A DNA stretch of 64,000 nt. It comes from Mustelus asterias. Lineage: Eukaryota. The translations under genes and the position numbers were made by a program. How positions within the stretch are numbered: the first letter of the stretch is position 1; each line of letters begins with the position of its first letter. The stretch spans positions 50,096,001-50,160,000 of the forward strand of contig NC_135819.1 in assembly GCF_964213995.1 (NCBI RefSeq). Reading direction: 5' to 3'. Positions 36,001 through 47,904 of the stretch are shown here, in pieces. A model generated the notes under the pieces. The model saw only the letters and a list, made by a program, of their open reading frames with translations. It was not told the DNA's origin and ran no database searches.

Positions 36001-36339
36001 CTCTCAAGGAAGAGGCACTAGCTGAATGTGGACCCCATATGAGTCTGAAACTCTTTAACTTGGAACCAGTCTTGTGTCACATGGAAAGCCATACCGTTGT
36101 TCTTGTTAATTTGGATGAGTTTCTTTTAGTGATGGCAAGCAAAGGAGGGGAGGGTAGATGAGTCTTTGGTCTGTGGAGTCTTTTTATCCTGCTTAAATGT
36201 CCAGGATGAAAAAGTTTTGAGAGCTACTGGCTCAAAGATATGAGAGAGAAATGAGAAGGGGTCGGTGGAAAGGCAAGTGATATACGTATCCAGAAAAATA
36301 TAGAGAGAGGAAACAAGGAGGATAATGCAGGCTATACAA

Positions 36340-36575
36340 AGTGCTTTACATCCAATGATAAGGAATTACTGTTCTAATGTAGGAAAGGTGGCAGACAATT
36401 TGTGCACTGCAAGCTCCCACAAACAGCGGTGTGATGATGACAAGATAATCTGTTCTTGTGATGTGGATTGAGGGATAAATATTGAGCATGACATCAGGAG
36501 TGCGCCTCCCCTCCGCCCCCCCCAACACTGCCTATAAATTCAGAGGCAACAGTGCTACTGACTGAGCTACCACAG
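36340..36575 (-). mobile_element. Deu-domain SINE fragment
   Basis: Reverse complement of part of the 58583-59010 element. Confidence 0.6.
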
Positions 36576-37279
36576 ACAACATTGCTATGGAAAGGAATAA
36601 TGCATCATCCACACAGGATCAACCTTCGCATGTACTGCTGACATTCAGCTCCAGCTGTCAATCTCCATCACTGACTCCACTGCTGCCACAGCACTTTTTG
36701 TCTGACATTGTCTTGAATGAGTTGAAACATCCATCACACTCAGTGTCTACAAGTGCAAAGCCAACCTGTATTTTCCAGTTCCCAGCAGCCTCTGCTCAGG
36801 CTGGATAACATGGTCACAACTGTGTTCCCCCAAACCTTAAACTAAGCTTTAATGACATTTAACCACAATTTAATATTCCAGCTTATCTGTGTATACCTTT
36901 CCCTCCACAGCTGAAATCCCAATTCATCCTGCTATCTGGTCTTTGCCATTCGGTAACTTCCAAATAATCGAACCTTTCTCCTGTGTAGCCATTCGACCTG
37001 TCTTTCATTAACTCCATTTTATTCAAAGATTTCAAGATCTTTGTTTCATATTCAGACTCCTTCATGGTTGTATTTCTCACTGCCTCAGCGCTTTCCTTCG
37101 TCATCCATTGAAGTGTACTTTACAGTCCTTCAACTCACCAGTTCCTTGTCATGCTTCAAAGGTGCGCTCCTTACGTCTAGAACAGCGTCCCTAAATTATT
37201 CTACTTCACCATTTCTTTCATTCTCACAACTCTTAAAAAAATCAACCTTTGACAATGCTTTCGGCTCCCCCATCAACCA

Positions 37280-37591
37280 TTGAGTGTAACGTGGGAAAAT
37301 GTGAGGTTGTTCATTTTGGAAGGAAGAACAAAAGAATAGAGTATTATTTAAATGGAGAAAAGCTGCAGAAAGCTGCAACGGAAGGGCCTTTGGGGTACTT
37401 GTGGACAAAGCACAGAATGCTGGCACACAGGTGCAGCAGGTAATCAGGAAGGCTAATGGAATATTGGCCCTTATTTCAAGGGGCTTGGAGTAGAAGAATA
37501 GGGGAGCCTGCTGTAACTGTACAAGGTACTGATGAGGCCACATCTGGAGTGCAGTGAGCAGTTTTGGTTCCCTTATTTAAGGAAAGATATT
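37280..37591 (+). mobile_element. CR1 RT fragment
   Basis: NVGKCEVVHFGRKN...LMRPHLE. Confidence 0.75.
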
Positions 37592-38112
37592 GGGTGGAAT
37601 TTTACGAGAATTATTCCGAGTGTCCAACTAGCATGAAAATGGGAGAGTTCCCGATGTGTTTTTGGGGCGAGTTTTCACGCCCAATCTTATTCACTTAGTC
37701 ATTGAAAAAATGGTCTAGACTATTTCTAGCTGCTGCAGGCAGCGGGCTGGGCTTAATTCAGCAGCCAGTTTGATGCCCCTTTCAGTCCATTTTATTATAA
37801 CCACTTCATCAGAACTTTTTCAGACCCTAGCTATTATATTTTGACCTTGGCTGGGACTTTCTGTTGTGGTGGGACTCTTCGCAGGAAATTCTATGCCCAG
37901 CCAAAAGCCCATTGATTTCCAGCAGGACTGGATGATCCCTGTGGTGGGCCAGAAAATCACACCCTCTATTTTCCCTTGTCTTTATGGTTCTCATTGAAGC
38001 TGCCACTGGCAGTACAGTGCCCAGAACCCTTTCCATTGTTCAGTCTGACGCGTCAAGCACCTAAACCGTTGGTTATGTGCTGTGGTTTCGGCTGACAAAC
38101 GGACATTGACAC

Positions 38113-38366
38113 TCTGTTTCACAATGATCGGAAGAGCCGACATTGAAGGATCAAAAAGTGTCGTCGCTATGAACACTTGGCCGTCACAAGCCAGTTATCC
38201 CTGTGGCAACTTTTCTGACACCTCCTGCTTAAAACCCAGAAGATCAGAAGGATCGTGAAGCCCAGCTTTCACAGTCTGTATTTGTACTGAAAATCAAGAT
38301 CAAGTGAGCTTTAGCCCTTCTGCTCCATGGGAGGTTTCTGTCCTCTCTGAGCTCGCCTTAGGACAC
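38113..38366 (-). pseudogene. 28S rRNA fragment (domain V region), pseudogene
   Basis: Reverse complement matches vertebrate 28S (cacaatgat.ggaagagccgacat.gaaggatcaaaaag...ccagttatccctgtgg.aacttttctgacacctc...gagctcgccttaggacac) with many CpG-decay substitutions. Confidence 0.92.
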
Positions 38367-38370
38367 GTTA

Positions 38371-38690
38371 GGGCGGCACGATGGCACAGTGGTTAGCACT
38401 GCTGCCTCACAGCGCCAGGGACCTGGGTTCAATTCCCGGCTTGGGTCATTGTGTGAAGTTTGCACATTCTCCCCATGTCTGCGTGGGTTTCCTTTGGGTG
38501 CTCTGGTTTCCTCCCACAGTCCAAAGATATGCGGGTTAGGTTGATTGAACATGCTAAAATTGCCACTCCGTGTCAGGGGGACTAAATATGTGAGGTTTTG
38601 GGGATAGGGGCTAGGTGGGATTGTGGTCGGTGCAGACCCAATGGGCCAAATGGCCTCCTTCTGCACTGTGGGGATTCTATGATTCTGTGA
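38371..38690 (+). mobile_element. HE1/V-type SINE
   Basis: Complete head, V-core and CR1-type tail. Confidence 0.9.
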
Positions 38691-39783
38691 CATTAAAAAG
38701 CCTCAGAACTGGCACAAAACATCTTTCGTCTCAGCATGAAATTAGTCCTTCTCTGACAACACAAAAATGCAGCTCATTCTGAACAACATAATTTGCATGA
38801 ACATTTTATTTATCAGCTTAACATGCCAAAGGTGAAATCTTTTTATTTTTATCTTCAATTTGCTCTTCAGTTATGTTCTATTTTGTCACAGCACACATCC
38901 AGGTGGCGTAGCTCCACAGACCTTTAATTATAGACTCTCGAATAACTTTTCCTCCTCCCACTCCCATCAAACTGATCTCTACCTGGCCTAGCTGATATAC
39001 AATTCAGCCTTTCATTCTGTTACTTCCTTCCCATTCAACTGCATTTGTGTGAGGACTGGTATTAGAGAAGACCAGCAAATATCCATAGATCAACAATAAT
39101 TTGTGTTTTCTGGCACACTTTACCTACTGAGAAATTATCATAAATTGGTGGATAGTGAGTGGATACTAAGCTAAAAAGTATGCATTGTTGAAGGTGAGAG
39201 GGCAGCCTGAGAAACTGGTTCATAAGGCATATGGGGTCCTGAGCTTTATAAATAGAACAAAGAATAAGAACAGAAAAGTACAGCACAGGAACAGGCCCTT
39301 CAGCCCTCTAAGCCTGTGCCGATCATGATGTCATAACTAAACTTTTAAAAAAAACCTTCTGGCCTTACTCTGTCCGTATCCCTCTCCATTCATGTAGAGG
39401 CATGAGAGTATAAAATCAAGGGAGGTTTGATGAGCCTTCATAAAACATTGGTTTGGCAACAATTTAATTAATGTGGCCAATTCTTTAGGAAGGCTGTGAA
39501 GGTTTCAGAGTGGATGCAGAAAAAGATTCACAGGAATGGTTCCAGGGATTCGGGACTTTTGTTATGTAGATAGATGGGAGAACTGCAATTGTTCTCCTTA
39601 GAGAAGAGAAAGTTGAGAGGAGATTTGAAAGAGGTGTTCAAAATCATGAGGGGTCCGGAGAGAGTCAATAGAGAGAAATTTTTCTCATTTGTGCAAGACA
39701 GAGGACCAGAGGGCCTTGATTTAAGGTGATTGGCAAAGGAACCGAAGACGATACGTAGAATTTTTTTTAAGCAGTGATTGGGG

Positions 39784-40014
39784 TAACAACACCAGGTTAA
39801 AGTCCAACAGGTTTATTTGGTCGCAAATGCCATTAACTTTCGAAGCACTGCTCCTTCGTCAGATGGAGTGAGATTTCCACTCCATCTGACGAAGGAGCAG
39901 CGCTCCGAAAGCTAATGGCATTTGCTACCAAATAAACCTGTTGGACTTTAACCTGGTGTTGTTAAAACTCTTACTGTGTTTACCCCAGTCCAACGCCCGC
40001 ATCTCCACATCATG
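39784..40014 (+). mobile_element. Penelope-derived palindrome (family A): 87-bp inverted arms plus 3' extension
   Basis: Arms 39784-39870 and 39878-39964, 7-nt spacer, few mismatches. Confidence 0.9.
39882..39918 (+). ncRNA. Minimal type-I hammerhead ribozyme motif
   Basis: stem I ccat/atgg; core CTGACGA(A); stem II GGAGC-agc-GCTCC; GAAA; palindromic AGCT stem III; UH site TA at 39913-39914; mirror copy on the minus strand at 39830-39866. Confidence 0.7.
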
Positions 40015-41512
40015 ATTTGTTGACGGCCAGTTATGTTTGCCAAAGCTGATTGAATGTTTTGATAAGGTAACAGAGAGATTTGTAAAGGGTAATGCAGTTG
40101 GTGCGGTGCACACAAACTTCTAAAAGGCATTTGATACAGTGCCACATAAGTGACTTGATGCAAAGTTCACTGAATAAAAGGGGCAGTAGCAGCATGGATG
40201 CAACTTTGGCTTAGTGACAGGATTTGTAGTGAATGGTTGTTTTTTGGACTGGAGGATGGTACAGAGTGGGGTTTGCCAGGGGCCGGTACAAGGACCACTG
40301 TTTCTTTTGATTTTTTTTAATGATTTAAAACTTGGATACACAGGGCACAGTCTCAAATTTTGCAGATGACACAAAATTTGTAAGTGTTGTGAACTATGAG
40401 AAGGACAGAGAGAGATTTCAATAGCATACAGACAGGCTGATGGAGTGAGCGGATAAATGGCAGATTAAGTTGAATGCAAGCAGATATGAAGCAATGCATT
40501 TTTGGAGGAAGAAAAATGAGAGGCAATACAAAATAAATGGTACAATTCTACAAGGGAACAGCGGGACCAGGGGGTACATCTGCACAAATCATTGCAGGTG
40601 GCAGAGCAGATAGAGAAAGTGGTTAAAAAGTCATACAGAATCCTGGGCTTTATAAATAGAAGTGCAGAGTAGGAAGGCAAGCATGTTGTGAAGACCCTTT
40701 GTAACATATTAGTTTGCTCTCGACTGGGATGATGGTTGGGATTTTACAACCTTGCTTGTCCCAAAACCGTAAAATCCCACCTGAGGTCAACGGACCTTCC
40801 TATTGTCCACCCCTCGCCCTCTCTGATTCCCATGGCAGGCACTGCGGTAAAATCCCGGCCACTGTTTTTGAATTTTGGGCATTGCATTTTCAGCAAGATG
40901 TGAAAAATTTAGTGAGGTTTTAGAAAAGATTTATGAGCATGCTTCCAGGAATGAGGGGTTTTAGTGACATGGATAAATTGGAGAAGCTGGGGATGTTTAC
41001 CTGAGGCAGGAGAAGGTCGAGGAGAGATTTGACAGCAGTACTCAAAACAATTAGAGGTCTGGACAGAGCAGAAACTGTTCCCCTGGGTGAACAGGTCAAG
41101 AGTTCACTGATTTCAGATGATAAGAAAGCCAATTGCAATATGAAGAAAAACCACTTATATAGCGAGTGGTTAAGATCCAACTGTACTCCCTCAGAGCATT
41201 GTGGGGGAAGATTCAATTGCGGCTTTCAAAAGGCAATTGGATAAGCACTCGGAAGAGAAATGATTTGAAGGGATAAGGGGAAAGAGCGGGAGAATGGGAC
41301 GAGCTGAGTTGCTTTTGTAGAGAACTGGCAGCTCACAATAGGCTGATTGGCCTCCTTCTGTGCTGTAATCATTGAGTGATTCTATGTGACATCTTCAAGA
41401 AACGTGTTATTATCAACACATGAGGGACATCCTACTTCTTAATTTATTTTTTAGAGGTTAGATTTTTCTAATTGGCTGAAATATTAAAGTGATACTCGCA
41501 CTGTTTTTGTTT

Positions 41513-43617
41513 CTTATAGAGCCATAGAGGTTTACAGCATGGAAACAGGCCCTTCAGCCCAACATGTCCATGCCACCCTTTGTTTTAACCCCGAAGCTAA
41601 TCCCAATTGCCCGCATTTGGCCCATATCCCTCTGTACTCATCTTATCCATGTAACTATCTAAATGCTTTTTAAAAGACAAAATTGTACCCGCTTCTATTA
41701 CTACCTCTGGCAGCTTGTTCCAGACATTCACCACCCTCTGTGTGAAAAAATTGCCCCTCTGGACACTTTTGTGTCTCTCCCCTCTCACCTTAAACCTATG
41801 CCCTCTAGTTTTAGATTCCCCTACCTTTGGGAAAAAATATTGACTATCTAGTTGATCTGTGCCCCTCATCATTTTATAGACCTCTATAAGATCACCCCTC
41901 AGCCTCCTACGCGCCAGGGAAAAAAGTCCCAGTCTATCCAGCCTCTCCTTATAACTCAAACCATCAAGTCCCGATAGCATCCTAGTAAATCTTTTCTGCA
42001 CTCTTTCTAGTTTAATAATATCCTTTCTACAATAGGGTGACCAGAACTGCACACAGTATTCCAAGTGTGGCCTTATCAATGTCTTGTACAACTTCAACAA
42101 GACTTCCCAACTCCTGTATTCAATGTTCTGACCGATGAAACCAAGCATGCTGGATGCCTTCTTCACCACTCTGTCCACCTGTGACTCCACTTTCAAGGAG
42201 CTATGAACATGTACCCCTAGATCTCTTTGTTCTGTAACTCTCCCCAACGCCCTACCATTAACTGAGTAAGTCCTGCCCTGGTTCAATCCACCAAAATGCA
42301 TCACCTTGCATTTGTCTAAATTAAACTCCATCTGCCATTCGTCAGCCCACTGGCCCAATTGATCAAGATCCCGTTGTAATTGGAGATAACTTTCTTCACT
42401 GTCCACTATGCCACCAATCTTGGTGTCATCTGCAAACTTACTAACTATGCCTCCTATATTCTCATCCAAATCATTAATATAAATGACAAATAACAGTGGA
42501 CCCAGCACTGATCCCTGAGGCACACCGCTGGTCACAGGCCTCCAGATTGAAAAACAACCCTGTACAACCACCCTCTGACTTCTGTCAAGAAGCCAATTTT
42601 GTATCCATTGAGATACCTCACCCTGGATCCCGTGAGATTTAACCTTATGCAACAACCTACCATGTGGTACCTTGTCAAAGGCCTTGCTAAAGTCCATGTA
42701 GACAACATCAACTGCACTACCCTCATCGACCCTCTTGGTTACCCCTTCAAAAAACTCAATCAAATTTGTGAGACATGATTTTCCACTCACAAAGCCATGC
42801 TGACTGTCCCTAATCAGTGCTTGCATCTCTAAATGCCTGTAGATCCTGTCTCTCAAAATACCTTCCAACAACTTATAAACCACAGATGTGAGGCTCACTG
42901 GCCTGTAGTTCCCAGGCTTTTCCCTGCAGCCCTTTTTAAACAAAGGCACAACATTTGCCTCTCTCCAGTCTTCAGGCACCTCACCCGTGACTATCAATGA
43001 TGATTCAAATATCTCGGCTGGGGGACCCGCAATTTCTTCCCTAGCCTCCCACAATGTCCTGGGATACACTTCATCAGGTCCCGGGGATTTATCTACCTTG
43101 ATGCGCTTTAAGACTTCCAGCACCTCCTTCTCTGTAACATGTACACTCCTCAAGACATCACTATTTATTTCCCCGAGTTCCCTAACATCCATGCTTTTCT
43201 CAATAGTAAATACTGATGAGAAATATTCATTTAGGATCTCACCCATCTCTTGTGGATCCACACATAGATGACCTTTTTGATCCTTAAGAGGCCCTACTCT
43301 CTCCCTTGTTACTCTTTTGCCCTTTATGTATTTGTAGAAGCTCTTTGGATTCTCCTTTGCCTTATCTGCCAAAACAATCTCGTGTCCCCTTTTTGCCCTC
43401 CTGATTTCTCTCTTAACTTTACTCCTATACCCTCTATACTCTTCAAGGGATTCACTTGATCCCAGCTGCCTATGCATGTCATGTGCCTCCTCCTCCTCCT
43501 TGACCAGGGCCTCAATATCCCGAGTCATCCAGGGTTCCCTACTTCTGCCAGCCTTGCCCTTCACTCTAAGAGGAATGTGTTTACCCCTGAACCCTGGTTA
43601 ACACACTTTTGAAAGCC
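41513..43617 (-). mobile_element. CR1 LINE, 5'-truncated, young
   Basis: Uninterrupted ORF, 3' UTR and (ctctatg)-type tail. Confidence 0.95.
41597..43564 (-). CDS. CR1 ORF2 C-terminal 655 aa (reverse transcriptase); TE-derived, lacks the endonuclease
   Basis: [38 protein letters not shown] and RDLGV in one open frame. Confidence 0.85.
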   Translation of the reverse strand: MKGKAGRSREPWMTRDIEALVKEEEEAHDMHRQLGSSESLEEYRGYRSKVKREIRRAKRGHEIVLADKAKENPKSFYKYIKGKRVTRERVGPLKDQKGHLCVDPQEMGEILNEYFSSVFTIEKSMDVRELGEINSDVLRSVHVTEKEVLEVLKRIKVDKSPGPDEVYPRTLWEAREEIAGPPAEIFESSLIVTGEVPEDWREANVVPLFKKGCREKPGNYRPVSLTSVVYKLLEGILRDRIYRHLEMQALIRDSQHGFVSGKSCLTNLIEFFEGVTKRVDEGSAVDVVYMDFSKAFDKVPHGRLLHKVKSHGIQGEVSQWIQNWLLDRSQRVVVQGCFSIWRPVTSGVPQGSVLGPLLFVIYINDLDENIGGIVSKFADDTKIGGIVDSEESYLQLQRDLDQLGQWADEWQMEFNLDKCKVMHFGGLNQGRTYSVNGRALGRVTEQRDLGVHVHSSLKVESQVDRVVKKASSMLGFIGQNIEYRSWEVLLKLYKTLIRPHLEYCVQFWSPYCRKDIIKLERVQKRFTRMLSGLDGLSYKERLDRLGLFSLARRRLRGDLIEVYKMMRGTDQLDSQYFFPKVGESKTRGHRFKVRGERHKSVQRGNFFTQRVVNVWNKLPEVVIEAGTILSFKKHLDSYMDKMSTEGYGPNAGNWD

Positions 43618-43885
43618 AGTAAATGTTTGTAGGAAAAAAAATGTTTGTGGAATCTAGCAAATAATCTGTACCCGGTGTACACTTGAGCTGTCAAAAGGGC
43701 AGCAAAGTCCAGAATACTTTTCTCTGTGCTGTCCATTTTTGTCAGGATGAAAACGAAGGCACTTCAGGGCTAGACTTCACATTCTGGGATTTGCTTGTTT
43801 CTGAATGTTGCCATTCTCCTGGAGAGTGGTCAACATGTTTGACAAAGTGATTAACGTTATTTGACATGTTTAGCACTGCAGATGT

Positions 43886-44248
43886 GGAGGTGATGGCCTT
43901 TTGGTATTATCGCTAGAATATTAGTGCAGAAACTCAGCTAATGTTCTGAGGACCCGGGGTTTGAATCCCACCACAGCAGATGGTGGAATTTGAATTCAAT
44001 TCAAAAAAATCTGGACTTAAGGATCTACTGATGACCATGAAACCATTGTCGATTGTCGGAAAAACCCGTCAGGTTCACTAATGTCCTTTGGGGAAGGAAA
44101 TCTGCTGTCCTTACTCGGTCTGACCTACATGTGACTCCAGAGCCACAGCAATGTGGTTGACTCTCAGCTGTCCTTGGGTAACTAGGGATGGCCAATAAAT
44201 GCTGGCCAGCCAGCGACACCCATGTCCCATGAATGAATGCAAAGAAAA
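43886..44248 (+). mobile_element. tRNA-headed SINE (family 2)
   Basis: A-box-like tggccttttgg, B-box-like gtttgaatcc, body, LINE-type 3' end aataaatgctggccagccagcgacacccatgtcccatgaatgaat. Confidence 0.85.
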
Positions 44249-44559
44249 TTCTGAAAGATGATTTCACCATCTCAGTTATTTCACCAAATGTGTTTGAAGG
44301 AATGGAAAAATGAGGCACCAGTGTCAACGTCTTCTATGTCTCCTTTACTTAGTGACTGTAGCTTTATTCTGACAAACTGCTGTAAACAAGTTCTCTTAGG
44401 AAACGTTTTTGGTTTTGTTTTGCTTAGGAGTCTTAACGACATTTATTTTTGCTGCTTGTAAGTTATGACCCTGAGACTGTACAAAACCCATTTTCCAAAG
44501 AAAGTCCATGTGCAGAATGGGATAATAAATAACAGCAGAGCAATGCTGAAGGCATATGT

Positions 44560-44848
44560 TGGCACAGGGGTTAGCACTGCTGTCTTACAGCGCCAGGGAC
44601 CTCGATTCAATTCCCGGTTTGAGTCACTGTTTGTGCGAAGTCTGCATGTTCTCCCCGTGTCTGCGTGGGATTCCTCCGGTTTCCTCCCACAGTCCGAAAG
44701 ATGTGTTGGTTAGGTGCATTGGCCATGTTAAATTCTCCCTCAGTGTGTACCTGAACAGGCACCGGAGTGTGGCGACTGGGGGATTTTCACAGTAACTTCA
44801 TTGCAGTGTTAATGTAAGCCTACTTGTGAGACTAATAAACAAACTTTA
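44560..44848 (+). mobile_element. V-type SINE, tail B
   Basis: Head, V-core, then aacaggcaccggagtgtggcgact...gtgagactaataaacaaacttt. Confidence 0.85.
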
Positions 44849-47800
44849 AAAATGTTAAAGATGTCAGTCAAAAGTAAGCAACTTTCCACAATAGAGTGCA
44901 AATTTTAAGTGCTAACATAGGCTAATTCTCTCATTTCATTCATTGCACAGTGTCTGTTGAAGGTGTGACTCTGCATAAATCTCTAATTGGCCTTATTCCC
45001 TGAATAGGAAGCCACCAGCTCAAATAACGTTTCTGCACTTAAGGAGCTGTTTGGAATGATGATATGCTATCTATATATCAACTTTTCACAGATTCCAGCA
45101 ATGTGTTCTCCTTGGATTTCTGGGTGTTGTCCTGTAGTTTGCATTTAAGAAAGAAGAGATTTGAGAGTACTGCTCCTGTTGGTTGTACTGAATGATGAAT
45201 TGTATTGACCATTTGGAATAAGCCTGGACTATAATTTGAAGAGCTTCATTGTGAATTAAATATGGTCCTTGTTTTGCTAAAATACAAATACCTTCTTAAG
45301 TGACATGTCTTTTTCCCAGAAGCTTCATGCAGTACATGCCATACGTGAATTAGTTAATGCATTAAATCTCACTCCATATTAAAGCCGTCTTCTCTGGGTG
45401 TATTATTAATCCACGCCACATTGTTCAGTTAGGTCTTAGCTGCTCAAAACTTTTCAATAAATGAGTGTCTTTTATGGTGCATCCAGAAACTCCATCCAAG
45501 TATTTCAAAAACAATATGGGGTTCCACGTGTATGGCCAATGACACTCATCTCCATGACACCCCACTTCCTTGGGAGTCCTTGGTCGGGATATTTCAGCTG
45601 TGCTTGCACCAAGACTGGAAAATCCTGCCTTGAGTCAACGGAACTTTGCATGGTCCACCCCGCCCACTATGATCCCCAGGATGGGAAAATTCCACCCTTT
45701 GCATTTCCTGATATTTAGTGGTGAATATTGGGAAGGCTGAAGCCAATGTCATTGGGTCCTGGCCACAAACTCAGTTCCCTGTCCATCATTTCCATCCCTG
45801 GTAACTGTCTTAAGCTGAACAAGACCACAACTTTGGACTTGAATGTCCAACGCCATCACCAAAATCACCTCCTTCCACCTCCATAATGTTGTTCCACTCC
45901 AAACCTCCCTCTGACTTTTTTGTTGCTTTTGTTACCCTCATTTTTGCCCATTTCTGAGTTCCCCTGACCAGCCTCCCATCTCCCACCCGACATAAACCTC
46001 TCTTTATGTTTCAGTGTTAAAAATGTTTTAATTCATTGAGCTCTTGTGAAGTGGCTTGGGATGTTTTACCATGTCAAATATGGAAGATATGTAAATCAAG
46101 TTGTCGTTGATGTTGAGGCACATTGGGAGCATTTTCCCCTATATTTCTAAGACTTGAGTTTCTTTGGGAAATACGTTGATGACCCCTGTCCATTTCAGCA
46201 GTATCAGGATTGGAAGCAGGCATGAAGTGACTTGAAATGAGCAAAACCAGAATGGGGGATGGTGCTGAAATTGAAACAGTTGTGCAGAGTGGCAAACACA
46301 GCACAGAAAACACCAGGTTTTCATGAACTCTACAAAGCAGTACTATTGATCCCAAGCCCAACTGTACTTCAGAAGCCAGAGCTGAAGAGGGAAAGCACAG
46401 TGTCCTGAAGGAAAGTTGTATAAAATTATAAATTCATTATACATGTTGCGAAATGAAATCTACTCCACTCGTGCACATCCAACATGTTTTTATTTTTTCC
46501 ATACAGTATAGTCATTGAAACCAGAGTTCATAACAAAGATAACTGAGGTTTGTTATATTAGTAGGAGGGCTTGTGGCATAGTGACAGCCACACTATTTCT
46601 GGTCCAGAAACACTCGGTTGGAATCCCATGCCAATACTTGTTGGCCACGGAAGGGGCATTCATGACGGTGATAAACAGTCTCAAAAAATCCTTCAACTAT
46701 CTCCCCACTATACCCAAAAGAATAAAAATGCATGTGTGAAGATATACTAAAAATGTGGATTGTAATGTGTCAAAAAGGTTCTTTATCAATTGAGCCTCGC
46801 TATTGCTGGGGAGGCAATGGCCTAGTGGCATTATCGCTCGATTATTTTCACTAAACTATTAATCCAGTGGTTTGTGGGGGAGGCGCCTAAGGCAGGACCA
46901 GCAGGAAGGAACAGGCAGGACTACCGGCAGGAAGGGCAGGAAAATCCCACCCTTTGAACCACTGTGAATTTCCAAAGGAAACACAAAGGAAGTTGGTTTA
47001 AATCTGGAGTTGGGGGCGGTGCAAGGAGAGAGTTGTAAACAATAATAATTTTAATGGAAGAATATGAAGGGAGTGAGTGAGGTGCTCAAATACGAGGATG
47101 GCATCAGAGGTGTGGAAGATAAGATCAAGGTGTGACTTGGAAACAGTTTGAAAGTGAAACATGAACCCTAACATTTGTAGGGAATGGGAGGGGTGTGTTT
47201 GTTGCAGAATTCCCAGTCATGTGGAGGTCCCACTCAATTTAATACTAGAACCTCATTATCAATTTTTATTCCTTTTCTTGCCCATTAGTATGGCAAATTA
47301 AGAGGCTAACCCTGTGGAAAATCCAGCGATGGAAGGTCACAGCTGGGCACAATTGGGTGTGGTATGCAGCAACAGATAAAGTACCAAAGCGTAAAGCTTG
47401 AGATGATTTGTTTAGAGGATAGTTGCAGCAGATCATTTGTTTGAGGGGCTGGAGAAGCACTTTTGCTCCTCCTAGCCCACAAGCCTTTCTATAAAAAACA
47501 TTCACGTGCCTGTTCCGACAGCTATTGTTTATATTTAGCTGTTGAGTTTCAGGAGATCCTGGGAAACGAGGCAGCCTGCTTCAAATTGAAATTAGGCTTC
47601 CAACTGCATTGCTCGAGAATGATTAGAACATTGTAATTCCGTCTCTCCAGAACAGGACAGAGACATCCCATACAACACATCACTGTTAAACAGTGATTTC
47701 CAATTTTTCATCATCTCACGTACTTTGCCAGATGGTGTTGTACAATTGGCCCCTGATGAAAGTTGCACCATATTAGGGTGACTTCTGTAAGGGAAAGGGT

Positions 47801-47904
47801 AGGGGTTAAGAAGAATGTGGGGTGACCTTATTAAGACGCATAGGATTCTCGAGGGGCTTGACAGGGTAGATGCTGAGAGATTGTTTCCCCCTTGTGGCAG
47901 AGTC

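Larger units (their letters stand above)
39170..41390 (+). mobile_element. Cluster of old CR1 RT/3' fragments with nested insertions
   Basis: Decayed KAFD, KFADD and RRFTR motifs, 3' end gcctccttctgtgctgta...ttctatg; interrupted by a reverse CR1 tail (about 39265-39395), a Penelope palindrome and a MITE. Confidence 0.75.

Noticed and set aside
36883-37104. 73-aa charged ORF
   Set aside because: Could be a decayed LINE piece, but no motif could be assigned with confidence
38113-38366. Functional rDNA unit
   Set aside because: Isolated 250-nt piece with substitutions at conserved positions
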